Shown one piece after another: positions 1 through 9,146 of a DNA stretch of 64,000 nt. The notes beneath the pieces were generated by a model that was not told the DNA's origin, made no database searches, and saw nothing but the letters and a program-made list of their open reading frames with translations. How positions within the stretch are numbered: position 1 is the stretch's first letter; every line of letters starts with the position of its first letter. A program made the translations under genes and the position numbers. This stretch comes from Eubacterium sp. (GTDB lineage: Bacteria > Bacillota > Clostridia > Lachnospirales > Lachnospiraceae), in contig JAFQXO010000009.1 in NCBI GenBank assembly GCA_017406925.1, positions 28,754 to 92,753 of the forward strand. The letters are read 5' to 3'.

Positions 1-9
1 GGACTGGCT

Positions 10-1314
10 ATGTTCGTAATAGATCGATTGCCTAAAAAGTTTGTTGATAACAACACTAAGGTAAGCAAAGAAATACGTAAACTTACTGTTCGTGAAAACA
101 TAGAGAAGGAAAAGTATTTATATATAGTTAAGAAATTTTCTATTTCGTTATTAATAATATTTGCTTGCTTGTTTATAGGTTTAGGCGTCACAGTAACAGA
201 AGGCAGCGGCATTAAAAGTATTATTTCACTTAATAGAAAAAGAGACAAAACAGTTTCTTATAATTTTATGGCTAAAAGTGAAAAAGGGAAAGCAGAACAA
301 GTATCTGTTGATGTTGAAAAGAAAAAGCGAACCAAAAGCGAAATATACAAACAATTAGAATTAGACAAAAAGAAACTTATAAAAAAGATTTTAGGAGAAA
401 ACAAATCGTTAAATAAGATTAACCATAATTTGAATATGGTGACAAGCGTTGGGAATGAAACATCAGTGAATTGGAGTATTGATGATGACGAGATCATAGG
501 ATATGACGGAGTCATTGCTGAAGGCGTCCCGAAGACAGGAAAACTTGTTAAGATTACGGCCACGCTCTCGCTAGATAAAGTGATGGAAGATTATTCTTTT
601 TATGTGAAAGTATATCCTAGAATTTCAGATAAAGGAATTCAAGGGAGTCTGCAAGAGTATGTAAATAGGAGGGAAATAACAAAAGATAAAGTTTATCTTC
701 CTAAAAATATTGGTGGGAAAAAGTATCAATATTTTATAAAAGAAGCAAAGTATGGATTGTGGATATTGATTATAGGTGTAGCGTTAGCGATTGCAATTTT
801 CATATTGAAAGATAGGGATTTGCACAAAGAAGTGCAAGATAGAGAAAGTCAGATGCTTAGAGATTATTCTGAAATTGTGAGTAAGTTATTAGTTTATTTT
901 GGTGCGGGGCTATCCATAAAATCAGCATTTGAAAGGATAACAAATGAGTATAAGAATCTCAAAAAGAAGAGAAAGGATTATTTTCGTTTCGCTTATGAGG
1001 AGATGGATATGGCGGTTACCAAAATGAAAAGTGGCGTTTCAGAAACAAGGGCAATTGCAGAATTTGGAGACAGATGTGGAGTACATTGTTATCTGAAATT
1101 AGCCAACATAATAGAGCAGAATTTGAGAAGAGGTTCGACAGATATGATGTACGCATTAAAAACAGAAATGGATAACGCAGTAATGGAAAGAAAGAATAAT
1201 GCACTGAAAGAGGGATCGGAAATATCGACAAAGTTGTTAGGTCCGATGGTGCTGATGCTAATTATAGCCATTGCTATTCTTATGGTTCCAGCGTTTCTAT
1301 CAATTAATTTGTAA
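10..1314 (+). CDS. tadC: Tad pilus assembly platform protein TadC (T2SS F family) with extracytoplasmic Ig-like insert
   Basis: C-terminal T2SSF-like domain (LLVYFGAGLSIKSAF...EFGDRCG...STKLLGPMVLML), two internal TM segments plus a C-terminal hydrophobic segment, directly upstream of a Flp pilin. Start is at the window edge and may lie further upstream. Confidence 0.85.
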   Translation: MFVIDRLPKKFVDNNTKVSKEIRKLTVRENIEKEKYLYIVKKFSISLLIIFACLFIGLGVTVTEGSGIKSIISLNRKRDKTVSYNFMAKSEKGKAEQVSVDVEKKKRTKSEIYKQLELDKKKLIKKILGENKSLNKINHNLNMVTSVGNETSVNWSIDDDEIIGYDGVIAEGVPKTGKLVKITATLSLDKVMEDYSFYVKVYPRISDKGIQGSLQEYVNRREITKDKVYLPKNIGGKKYQYFIKEAKYGLWILIIGVALAIAIFILKDRDLHKEVQDRESQMLRDYSEIVSKLLVYFGAGLSIKSAFERITNEYKNLKKKRKDYFRFAYEEMDMAVTKMKSGVSETRAIAEFGDRCGVHCYLKLANIIEQNLRRGSTDMMYALKTEMDNAVMERKNNALKEGSEISTKLLGPMVLMLIIAIAILMVPAFLSINL

Positions 1315-1325
1315 GGGGGTTTGCT

Positions 1326-1505
1326 ATGCAAAGAGTTTTATATAGAATAAAAGATTTCGTGAGAGAAGAAGATGCGATGGGAGTAGTTGAAATAGTGTTG
1401 ATTATTCTAGTTTTGGTTGGATTAGCTTTAATATTTAGAAACCAAATAACAGCGATAGCTAATGGAATATATGATTCTATCAAAGAACAAGTATCTAATT
1501 TTTAG
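1326..1505 (+). CDS. flp: Flp1-like type IVb pilin, 59 aa (not in ORF track)
   Basis: Hand translation MQRVLYRIKDFVREEDAMGVVEIVLIILVLVGLALIFRNQITAIANGIYDSIKEQVSNF; RBS-like aaggggg upstream; prepilin-type leader, Glu at +5 after the predicted cleavage, then a hydrophobic helix. Confidence 0.9.
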   Translation: MQRVLYRIKDFVREEDAMGVVEIVLIILVLVGLALIFRNQITAIANGIYDSIKEQVSNF

Positions 1506-1506
1506 A

Positions 1507-3345
1507 ATGAAAAAAGGAAGTATCAGCATATTTTTAGCCATGATTTTTTTGAGTATAGTTTTGCTTGTTAGTGTTATTGCTGAAGCAGCTAGAATGAGTG
1601 CCGTGCAGGCAAAAAGTACTAGCGTTAGTTATATGGCATCTGACTCGGTGATGGCTAGTTATGCAAAGCAAGTTTATGAAGATTATGGGTTATTACTTGT
1701 ATGGGAGAAGCAAAAAATAGAAGACATGTTGCTAGAATACGTACAAGCTAATATACAAATGGCAGATTTAGAGGTATCGGGAAATGATTTTATGATGCCA
1801 GATGTAATGAAGGCTAACATTAAAAAGAAAATCCTGATAACAGACAGTGGCGGCGATTACTTTGTTGAGCAAGTGGAGAAATACCTGAAATATGCAGGGC
1901 TTACGGCAGTAATTAAAAAGCTTAAAAATGATTCCGGAGATGTGGAAGAGAGGGAAATCCAGAACAATGTTACTGACGATATTACCACTAAAGATAGTAA
2001 CAAGATGGCGACTCTCGTTGAAAATATCGATGAGTCAGTATCCTCTTTGAAAGACATCGCAAACATTAGTAAAGCGCTTTTGGGTGCTAAAAATGCATAT
2101 GAAAAAGTAAAAACAAGTAAAAATACGAGTAAAAAAAATTGGGAGAAATTAATTAATAACTTTTCCGATTTACAAGTAGCACTTAAAAAGAAGAATTCAT
2201 CAATAGATAATGTCATTAATCTTATTAACAAGTACGAAAACAAAAAGGACGAGTTATTAAAGAAGACTGGCAACAAAAAGGTGAAAAATGATTATATAGA
2301 TCAAAATCTTACAAAGCTGAAAAACATCAGAGGCAAGATAAATGGTATAGAGAGTCTGAATGTTTCGAACGCAACAGAGATGAATGAATCATTGCTGAAA
2401 GAAATTCACAATGCCCTAGAAGACAGCAACAGTATAATTAAAAGTTTAAGCGAATTGTTGTTAAGCAAAGTGACTGCTGAAGATAAGAAAAATCAATCGA
2501 TCTATGACAGCGCAGGAGATTTTTTAACCAAAGGAGTGCTCTCACTAGTTATAGGAGATACAAAAAACTTATCATCAGCATCCATTGTCACCTCAAATTT
2601 GCCGTCAAAAACATCAATGAGTAATTCTGAAAATTCATCAGAACTTTTGGATAATGCAATAATAGCAATCTATTCGGAAATTAAATTTGGAAATTATATT
2701 AAATCAAAAAAGTCACATGCGCTTCAATATGAGATGGAATATTTGGTTGCTGGAAAAGATTCAGATCAAAAGAATTTAAAATCAGTGATAGAGAGATTGG
2801 TTCTGATTAGGAATGCAACAAATCTAGCCTGTTTAATGGGCGATGAAGAAAAAATGGCATTGATTGAAACAGTAGCAGCGTCTGTGGCAGCAGTCACTGG
2901 TTTGCCGTTTATGGAACCCTTGGCAAAAGTTCTTCTTACAGAGGCATGGGCATTGGCGGAGTCCATAAGTGATGTAAAAGCGTTATTAAAAGGCGAAAAA
3001 CTATCTCTAATCAAAACGAAAGCAAATTGGAAAACAGATCTTAAAAGTTTATCGAGTTCAAGTAGCAAGGGAGAAAGCAATGGATTTGAGTATAAGCGAT
3101 ATGTACAAATGTTAATGATGTTAACTAGCCGCGACAAGATTGTTTACAGAGCGATGGATTTGATTCAATTAAACATATGCAAAAGTTATAACCAGGAGTT
3201 TAGGATGAATAAATGCTTTGTAGAATTTAAAGCACAAATAGAGTACAAGGCGGCACCATTATTTGCATCTATGCCATGGTCTGTAGGATTAACAAAAGAT
3301 GGGGGTGGATATAGATACAGTGTAGCATGTAGCAACAATTATTGA
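1507..3345 (+). CDS. DUF5702-like TadG/pseudopilin-type protein with long helical region
   Basis: MKKGSISIFLAM pilin-like N-terminus right after the flp stop; C-terminal LQYEMEYLVAGKDSDQKNL and RAMDLIQLNI motifs typical of this family. Confidence 0.75.
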   Translation: MKKGSISIFLAMIFLSIVLLVSVIAEAARMSAVQAKSTSVSYMASDSVMASYAKQVYEDYGLLLVWEKQKIEDMLLEYVQANIQMADLEVSGNDFMMPDVMKANIKKKILITDSGGDYFVEQVEKYLKYAGLTAVIKKLKNDSGDVEEREIQNNVTDDITTKDSNKMATLVENIDESVSSLKDIANISKALLGAKNAYEKVKTSKNTSKKNWEKLINNFSDLQVALKKKNSSIDNVINLINKYENKKDELLKKTGNKKVKNDYIDQNLTKLKNIRGKINGIESLNVSNATEMNESLLKEIHNALEDSNSIIKSLSELLLSKVTAEDKKNQSIYDSAGDFLTKGVLSLVIGDTKNLSSASIVTSNLPSKTSMSNSENSSELLDNAIIAIYSEIKFGNYIKSKKSHALQYEMEYLVAGKDSDQKNLKSVIERLVLIRNATNLACLMGDEEKMALIETVAASVAAVTGLPFMEPLAKVLLTEAWALAESISDVKALLKGEKLSLIKTKANWKTDLKSLSSSSSKGESNGFEYKRYVQMLMMLTSRDKIVYRAMDLIQLNICKSYNQEFRMNKCFVEFKAQIEYKAAPLFASMPWSVGLTKDGGGYRYSVACSNNY

Positions 3346-3358
3346 GAGGTGAATAGAA

Positions 3359-4255
3359 ATGCTCTTTTCCGAAAAGAATTTTAGTCCAATAAATCACACT
3401 TTTTTAAAGAACACATTAATAGTTTTAATAGGTTGTGTCTCTTTTCGAGTACCCATAATGCCAAGAATGCAAAAATGTAATAATCATGTATCCCTTATGA
3501 GACGGAAAAGAGTGTTTCCATTTACCTCTCAAGCTGCAATAACGATAGAGGCAAGCATAGCGATGACTTTGTTTATCATAGTTTTAGTGTCCATAGAAGG
3601 CTTTTTGATGATATTAAATGCACAATTCACTATGGAAACTACTGTCAACAATGTAGCCATAGAAACAGCAAAACTAAAATACTATGTGAATAAAGACGAC
3701 GAACAAAAAGATAAGAAGAATAAGATTTTGGCAGTGTCATACTTATCGGGAAGACTGCTTGCTGAATTAAATAATAGTGGAAACAAATTAGTATATGCTT
3801 ACAATGCTACAAGCAGCAAAATTGAAAACGGGAAAGTAGATGTAGTTTTAAACTATAATGTAAAAATTCCTTACACACCAAAAAGTTGGAGAGTAACTGA
3901 GCGTGCCAAGGCAAAAGTATGGACAGGGACAGATCTGACTAAAGATGATGAAATTGTTTATATAACGAAATACGGAACAGTTTATCATACAACTAAGGAA
4001 TGTAGTCATTTAATTATAAACATTAGGGAGACTACATTTACAGGAGCAGAACGAAGTAGAAATAAAACAGGACATAAATATAAGCGATGTGAATATTGCG
4101 TTAGAGGAGCAATTTCTCCATTAGCACCAGTTTTTATTACGTCAGATGGAGACAGATATCATATTAAGCTAGACTGCTCAGGGCTTACTCGAAGCGTAAT
4201 TGAAATATCTAAATCAGAAGTAGGTAATAGACGACCTTGTAGTTCGTGTGGATAA
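3359..4255 (+). CDS. TadE-like pseudopilin with two C-terminal Cys/His metal-binding modules
   Basis: AAITIEASIAMTLF pilin-like motif; VYITxxGxxYH..C..CxxC pattern occurs twice. Confidence 0.75.
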   Translation: MLFSEKNFSPINHTFLKNTLIVLIGCVSFRVPIMPRMQKCNNHVSLMRRKRVFPFTSQAAITIEASIAMTLFIIVLVSIEGFLMILNAQFTMETTVNNVAIETAKLKYYVNKDDEQKDKKNKILAVSYLSGRLLAELNNSGNKLVYAYNATSSKIENGKVDVVLNYNVKIPYTPKSWRVTERAKAKVWTGTDLTKDDEIVYITKYGTVYHTTKECSHLIINIRETTFTGAERSRNKTGHKYKRCEYCVRGAISPLAPVFITSDGDRYHIKLDCSGLTRSVIEISKSEVGNRRPCSSCG

Positions 4256-4264
4256 AGGAGAAAT

Positions 4265-4699
4265 ATGTGGTACACAATTTGGGCAATTTGTTTTTTGGCA
4301 ATTTGTTCTTATACAGATATAAGAGAGAAAAAAGTATATACATGGTTTTGTGTAGCAAACATTGCCGCGGCCGCAATCATTCAAATAACAGTAGGAACAA
4401 TTAGTTGGTTGAATGTTTTAGTGGGAATTATTATTGGACTTATTATTGCGATAGTTGCCATTGTCACAAAAGAAAAAATAGGGAAAGGTGATGCACTGAT
4501 TGTTATTGCGATAGGCATAATAGAAGGTGGACAAATGACAATTGCAATGTTGTGGTGGGGATTAATTCTCTGCACAGTAGTTTCGGCAGTCGGATTGGTA
4601 ATGAAAAAACTTACAATGAAATATGAACTACCTCTTGTTCCTTTTTTGTTGATTGGGAATATCATTGCGGTAGCAATTAATAGAGGAGCAATAGTGTGA
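4265..4699 (+). CDS. A24 family prepilin peptidase (TadV/CpaA-like)
   Basis: YTDIREK and IGKGD aspartate motifs, C-terminal LPLVPFL, multi-TM. Confidence 0.9.
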   Translation: MWYTIWAICFLAICSYTDIREKKVYTWFCVANIAAAAIIQITVGTISWLNVLVGIIIGLIIAIVAIVTKEKIGKGDALIVIAIGIIEGGQMTIAMLWWGLILCTVVSAVGLVMKKLTMKYELPLVPFLLIGNIIAVAINRGAIV

Positions 4700-5115
4700 A
4701 GAAAACTAATAAAGGAGAGATATCAATAGAGACTGCAATAGTAATGGCTGTTATTTTGATGATAATTGGTGCCTTGATTTATTTTTCTTTATATGTTCAT
4801 GATGTGGTCGCTATAAAAGCGTATACTCATGCGGCTATGGTTGAAAGCGCAGCGGATGATTATGGAGTTTTCAAAAATAAAGTGTCGCAGCAGTTGAAAA
4901 AGATGCCTCTTTTTGTATTGCAAGTAAGCACATCATATTCAGAAAATATAGATTTTTACACTGTGGAAATTGTTGAAACTCCACATACTACAATGAAATG
5001 GTTAAACAGCATAATTGGTTTATTGAATGGGAAACACACTATGAAAGTTACAAGGAAAATATCGACGGATAGAATGTATCTTTTTAAAGCTATTGAAGAC
5101 GGGTTCAAAAAATAG
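4696..5115 (+). CDS. TadE-like pseudopilin
   Basis: KGEISIETAIVM prepilin motif (G at -1, E at +5); GTG start overlaps the peptidase stop. Confidence 0.75.
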   Translation: MKKTNKGEISIETAIVMAVILMIIGALIYFSLYVHDVVAIKAYTHAAMVESAADDYGVFKNKVSQQLKKMPLFVLQVSTSYSENIDFYTVEIVETPHTTMKWLNSIIGLLNGKHTMKVTRKISTDRMYLFKAIEDGFKK

Positions 5116-5128
5116 GCAGGGAGAAAAA

Positions 5129-6208
5129 ATGGAACTGGAATACAAAAAAGATGGAAACAAAAAATTTTTAATAATAGATAAAATTGAAGTGAATGAAGAT
5201 GAATATTCCTTACAGATGTTAGAAAACAATCGAATAAAAAGTCTTGTTCCAATGAAAATCAAGACCGTCAATAATCAAAGTGAGATTCAATATAACATCA
5301 CAGGTTTAATGAGCATAAAGAGTTTGCATGAACATAGATTAATGAAAGAAAAGGATATCATACAATTTATACGGGGAATAAAGATTTGTATTGATAGACT
5401 AAAAGAATATTTGTTGAGTGCAGACAATTTAGTTTTAGAAATGTCGCATATCTATCAGAAGAGAGGGAATAATGAATTTCTTTTTTGTTATTGTCCAGTG
5501 GAAAATGATGATTTTCAGTTAAATATGAAGAAGTTATTAAATGAATTACTGGATCACATAGATCATAATGATAGAAATACTGTAATGGTTGCATATAGCA
5601 TGCAGCAAATGTCAGTGCACGATGATTTTACTCTGGATGATTTATTAAGTTGCGCCATTAAGGAAGAAGTAGAGGAAGAGATACAACAAGAGAAAATAGT
5701 TGAAAAGGATGAATTTAATGAACCAACAGAAGATGAAATAAAAGAAACTGTTTGGGATAAAATAAAAAAATTATTTAGAAGGAAGGAATATAAAAACGAA
5801 GATGAACTGTTTGATGTAATCGAAAAATATGAAGAAGAACCTTCAATGGAATTAATTGAAACGCAGGATAATGTCGATGAAGACGCCACTATGCTTTTGG
5901 CGGGAGGCGGATTGTTTGCAGGTATTACATTAAAAAGTTTAAATGCCGAAGATACAGACATATCTCCTGACAAGTATCCATATATTATAGGAAAAAGTCG
6001 GAGAAGTTGTGATTACACCATAAGTAGTCCGGTAATTAGTCGTGTTCACGTTAGGATACTGCAAGAACAAGGCAATTATTATATAGAAGATTTGAAATCA
6101 ACAAATGGAACATTTATAAATGGAGAAAGGATAAACGCGCATGACCCACAAATCATAAATATAGGTGACCATATTACACTTGCAGACATTGATTTTGTAA
6201 TAGAGTAA
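5129..6208 (+). CDS. DUF6382 + FHA domain protein
   Basis: N-terminal YSLQMLENN..YNITGL..LKEYLL..FCYCP; C-terminal FHA (IIGKS..ISRVH..DLKSTNGTFING); RBS agggag before ATG 5129. Confidence 0.85.
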   Translation: MELEYKKDGNKKFLIIDKIEVNEDEYSLQMLENNRIKSLVPMKIKTVNNQSEIQYNITGLMSIKSLHEHRLMKEKDIIQFIRGIKICIDRLKEYLLSADNLVLEMSHIYQKRGNNEFLFCYCPVENDDFQLNMKKLLNELLDHIDHNDRNTVMVAYSMQQMSVHDDFTLDDLLSCAIKEEVEEEIQQEKIVEKDEFNEPTEDEIKETVWDKIKKLFRRKEYKNEDELFDVIEKYEEEPSMELIETQDNVDEDATMLLAGGGLFAGITLKSLNAEDTDISPDKYPYIIGKSRRSCDYTISSPVISRVHVRILQEQGNYYIEDLKSTNGTFINGERINAHDPQIINIGDHITLADIDFVIE

Positions 6209-6258
6209 GTCTTTATTTGTGTTATAATTGAATACAGAAAGTCTAGGGGAGGTAGCTT

Positions 6259-6984
6259 ATGTCCAACCTTACAGAACTAAAAGAAATTATTGATTCCAGT
6301 GATAATATAGTTTTCTTTGGTGGAGCAGGTGTATCTACAGAAAGCGGAGTGCCTGATTTTAGAAGTGTAGATGGACTTTACCATCAGAAATGGGATTATC
6401 CTCCAGAAACTATTCTCAGTCATACATTCTTTATGAACAATCCCGAGGAGTTCTATAGATACTACAGAGAAAAGATGCTTATCTCGGATGTTGAGCCTAA
6501 TGATGCTCACAAAGCATTGGCGAAGCTAGAAGAGATGGGAAAACTTAAGGCTGTAGTTACTCAGAATATAGACGGCTTACACCAAGCAGCTGGCAGCAAG
6601 GAAGTTTACGAACTTCATGGATCAGTTCACAGAAACTATTGTATGAAATGTGGAAAGTTCTATGGCTTTGATGACATAGTTGAGATGGAAGGCGTTCCTC
6701 GCTGTGAGTGCGGAGGACTCATCAAGCCTGATGTAGTACTTTACGAGGAAGCGTTGGATTCCACAACTATTCAAAAATCAGTGCAAGCTATTATGAATGC
6801 AGATGTTTTGATTATCGGCGGAACATCACTAGCCGTATATCCAGCAGCAGGATTGATAGACTATTATAATGGAAGCAAACTAGTTTTAATTAATAAGAGT
6901 TCCACACCTAAAGATGGCAGAGCAGATCTAGTAATCAATGATGCTATCGGTGAAGTGTTAGGCAGCGTAGTGGATTTAGACTAG
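6259..6984 (+). CDS. cobB: Sir2-family NAD-dependent protein deacylase
   Basis: GAGVSTESGVPDFR, TQNIDGLH, ELHG, Zn-binding Cys pairs, GTSLAVYPA. Confidence 0.95.
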   Translation: MSNLTELKEIIDSSDNIVFFGGAGVSTESGVPDFRSVDGLYHQKWDYPPETILSHTFFMNNPEEFYRYYREKMLISDVEPNDAHKALAKLEEMGKLKAVVTQNIDGLHQAAGSKEVYELHGSVHRNYCMKCGKFYGFDDIVEMEGVPRCECGGLIKPDVVLYEEALDSTTIQKSVQAIMNADVLIIGGTSLAVYPAAGLIDYYNGSKLVLINKSSTPKDGRADLVINDAIGEVLGSVVDLD

Positions 6985-7004
6985 TTACTATAGGGGAGAT
7001 TTAA

Positions 7005-8177
7005 GTGGGTCTTTTTAGAAGAAAAACTCAAAACGATGAAGAGATAGAAAAGGCAGTCGATAAACGAATGCGCAGACGTACGAAGGTGATTATTATCGCC
7101 CTTGTTATTGTGCTTGCCATCGGCGGCGTTTATCTATTCCAGAGATTTCGCACATACAGTACTTATAAAGTAGAAGAAACCATCCCAATCAAAAGTGGGG
7201 AGGGTAGTAAGTATGTGCCTTTTGGAAAGTTTGTAGTGAAGTATTCTAATAACGGAATCATGTACTTGGATGACGAGGATGTTATCTGGGATGAAGCATA
7301 TGAGATGAAGACCCCTATCGTGGATGTATGTGATGATTACCTGGCGGTAGCTGATAAAGGTACTAACGATATTTACATATATAATGAAGACGGACGAAAA
7401 GGAAAAGTTACTACAAACTATCCTATTATAAAGATTCAAGTTGCTAAGCAGGGTGTGACTGCTGCGATGTCTAAGAATAAGAGAGACAATTATATAGAAG
7501 TCTTCGACAGAAAAGGAAAGACTCTAGTGTCACATAAGACGCTTTTGAATGAAAACGGATATCCGCTCAACTTTGCCATCTCAGATGATGGAACGAAGAT
7601 GGCGGTTTCGTATGTGACAGTTAAAGCGGGAACCATAAACAGTAAAGTGATGTTTTATAACTTTGCCGGAGCAGGCCAGAATGAAGAAAACAAGATGGTT
7701 GGCTCGTTTGACCAATATGGCGAGTCGGTAGTTCCAGAGATTGACTTCGTCACAAACAATAGAGTGGTGGCTGTCGGAGAGAATATTATTTCCGTTTATG
7801 ATATGAAATCTAAACCTGATCTGAAGGATGAGAGAAAAGTAGAAGATGATATCCAGAAAGTATTCTTAAGCAGTGACTATATCGGATTGATTTATAAAAA
7901 CAGCAAAGGAAAGATGCCTTATAGATTAGAGGCGTATTCGATGGGGACTAGGCGTGTCCTAAACAAAGACATATCTATGAACTTCGACAATGTTTCATTT
8001 GCAGGAAAAAATATTCTAATGTATAATAATCTGAACTGTCAGATTATATCTATACATGGAGTTAAGAAATTTGACTATATATTTAAGAGACCAGTTAGTA
8101 CGATTCTACCTTGGGGTGGTGAGCGTTCATACTTGTTTATGACGAACCAAGCTATCCAAAAGGTGAAGTTGAAATAA
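7005..8177 (+). CDS. DUF5711 family membrane-anchored beta-propeller-like protein
   Basis: Single N-terminal TM, beta-rich repeats (AISDDGTKMAV), position upstream of CvpA; GTG start with RBS ggggag. Confidence 0.7.
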   Translation: MGLFRRKTQNDEEIEKAVDKRMRRRTKVIIIALVIVLAIGGVYLFQRFRTYSTYKVEETIPIKSGEGSKYVPFGKFVVKYSNNGIMYLDDEDVIWDEAYEMKTPIVDVCDDYLAVADKGTNDIYIYNEDGRKGKVTTNYPIIKIQVAKQGVTAAMSKNKRDNYIEVFDRKGKTLVSHKTLLNENGYPLNFAISDDGTKMAVSYVTVKAGTINSKVMFYNFAGAGQNEENKMVGSFDQYGESVVPEIDFVTNNRVVAVGENIISVYDMKSKPDLKDERKVEDDIQKVFLSSDYIGLIYKNSKGKMPYRLEAYSMGTRRVLNKDISMNFDNVSFAGKNILMYNNLNCQIISIHGVKKFDYIFKRPVSTILPWGGERSYLFMTNQAIQKVKLK

Positions 8178-8186
8178 AGGAAGACT

Positions 8187-8933
8187 ATGGGAAATATTAT
8201 TCTTATTGCGCTAGCAGCGTTTATGATTTTCATGATTGTTTACGGAATGAGAAAGGGATTGGCGAGGATGCTTCTGTCCTTAATGTCTATCATCATCATT
8301 CTCGTGATAGTTTATGCTATCAATCCACCTGTGAAGCAGGCATTGATGAATTTCGAACCGTTGCATACGAGCGTGTACAACAAAGTATATAAATATGTAG
8401 AAAAGAATGTCGGCAAGGCATCTAAGACTACACTCGATACTGGTGACAAGGCAAAAGAAAACATTATCGATAATCTGAGCCTTCCTTCTAGCATCAAAGA
8501 TTCTTTGAAGGAGAAGGAGAATCAGAAAGAGTTTGAGGTGATGAAGCAGAGCGAACTTAAAAAGACGGTTGCGAAAGAACAAGATCAGTTCTGCGACTAC
8601 ATTGCGACATCGCTGACCAATATGATAATGGGGGCGCTGGCATTCGTGTTATCGTTTGTTATAGTTACCATCTTAGTGAAAGTCCTAGGACTGGTGTTAG
8701 ATGTGGTTACGAAATTACCGGTCATAAAGACTCTGAACTCCCTTGGCGGAGCCACGGTGGGACTAGCGGAGTCGATTATTCTCATTTGGATTTTCATGAT
8801 TGTAATGACTGTGCTCTCGACGACAGCATTTGGCGCAGCCATCATGAAGGGCATCAGCGAGAACTCAGTTCTTTCCTATATGTATGATCACAACATCATA
8901 CAGCAGTGGATTACAGGTATTTTTAATTTCTAA
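8187..8933 (+). CDS. CvpA family membrane protein
   Basis: YGMRKGL and LPVIKTLNSLGGATVG motifs, four TM segments. Confidence 0.8.
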   Translation: MGNIILIALAAFMIFMIVYGMRKGLARMLLSLMSIIIILVIVYAINPPVKQALMNFEPLHTSVYNKVYKYVEKNVGKASKTTLDTGDKAKENIIDNLSLPSSIKDSLKEKENQKEFEVMKQSELKKTVAKEQDQFCDYIATSLTNMIMGALAFVLSFVIVTILVKVLGLVLDVVTKLPVIKTLNSLGGATVGLAESIILIWIFMIVMTVLSTTAFGAAIMKGISENSVLSYMYDHNIIQQWITGIFNF

Positions 8934-8953
8934 TAGACAAATAATCGAACCAT

Positions 8954-8962
8954 TGCTATAAT
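8954..8962 (+). promoter_or_regulatory. Extended -10 (TGcTATAAT) for tRNA-Cys, in the loop of a 10-bp inverted repeat
   Basis: tgctataat flanked by aatcgaacca (8943-8952) and tggttcgatt (8967-8976). Confidence 0.6.
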
Positions 8963-8979
8963 TAAGTGGTTCGATTTTA

Positions 8980-9050
8980 GGCGAGTTAGCCAAGTGGTAA
9001 GGCACGGGACTGCAACTCCCTGATCACCAGTTCAAATCTGGTACTCGCCT
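8980..9050 (+). tRNA. tRNA-Cys (GCA)
   Basis: Acceptor stem GGCGAGT/ACTCGCC, D-arm gccaagtggtaaggc, anticodon loop CTGCAAC, T-loop TTCAAAT, U discriminator, CCA not encoded. Confidence 0.97.
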
Positions 9051-9053
9051 CTG

Positions 9054-9084
9054 AAAGTGAAGGATTTAGTCCTTCACTTTTTTT
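9054..9084 (+). terminator. Intrinsic terminator after tRNA-Cys
   Basis: aaagtgaagga/tccttcacttt stem followed by T run. Confidence 0.85.
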
Positions 9085-9146
9085 ATCACAAATTATTTTG
9101 TGAATTGTGGTATACTATATGCACGAGTATGAAATAGGAGGATATT

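Noticed and set aside
1462-1506. ORF-track start of the 627-aa protein at 1462
   Set aside because: It overlaps the Flp pilin; the pilin-like N-terminus MKKGSISIF begins at 1507
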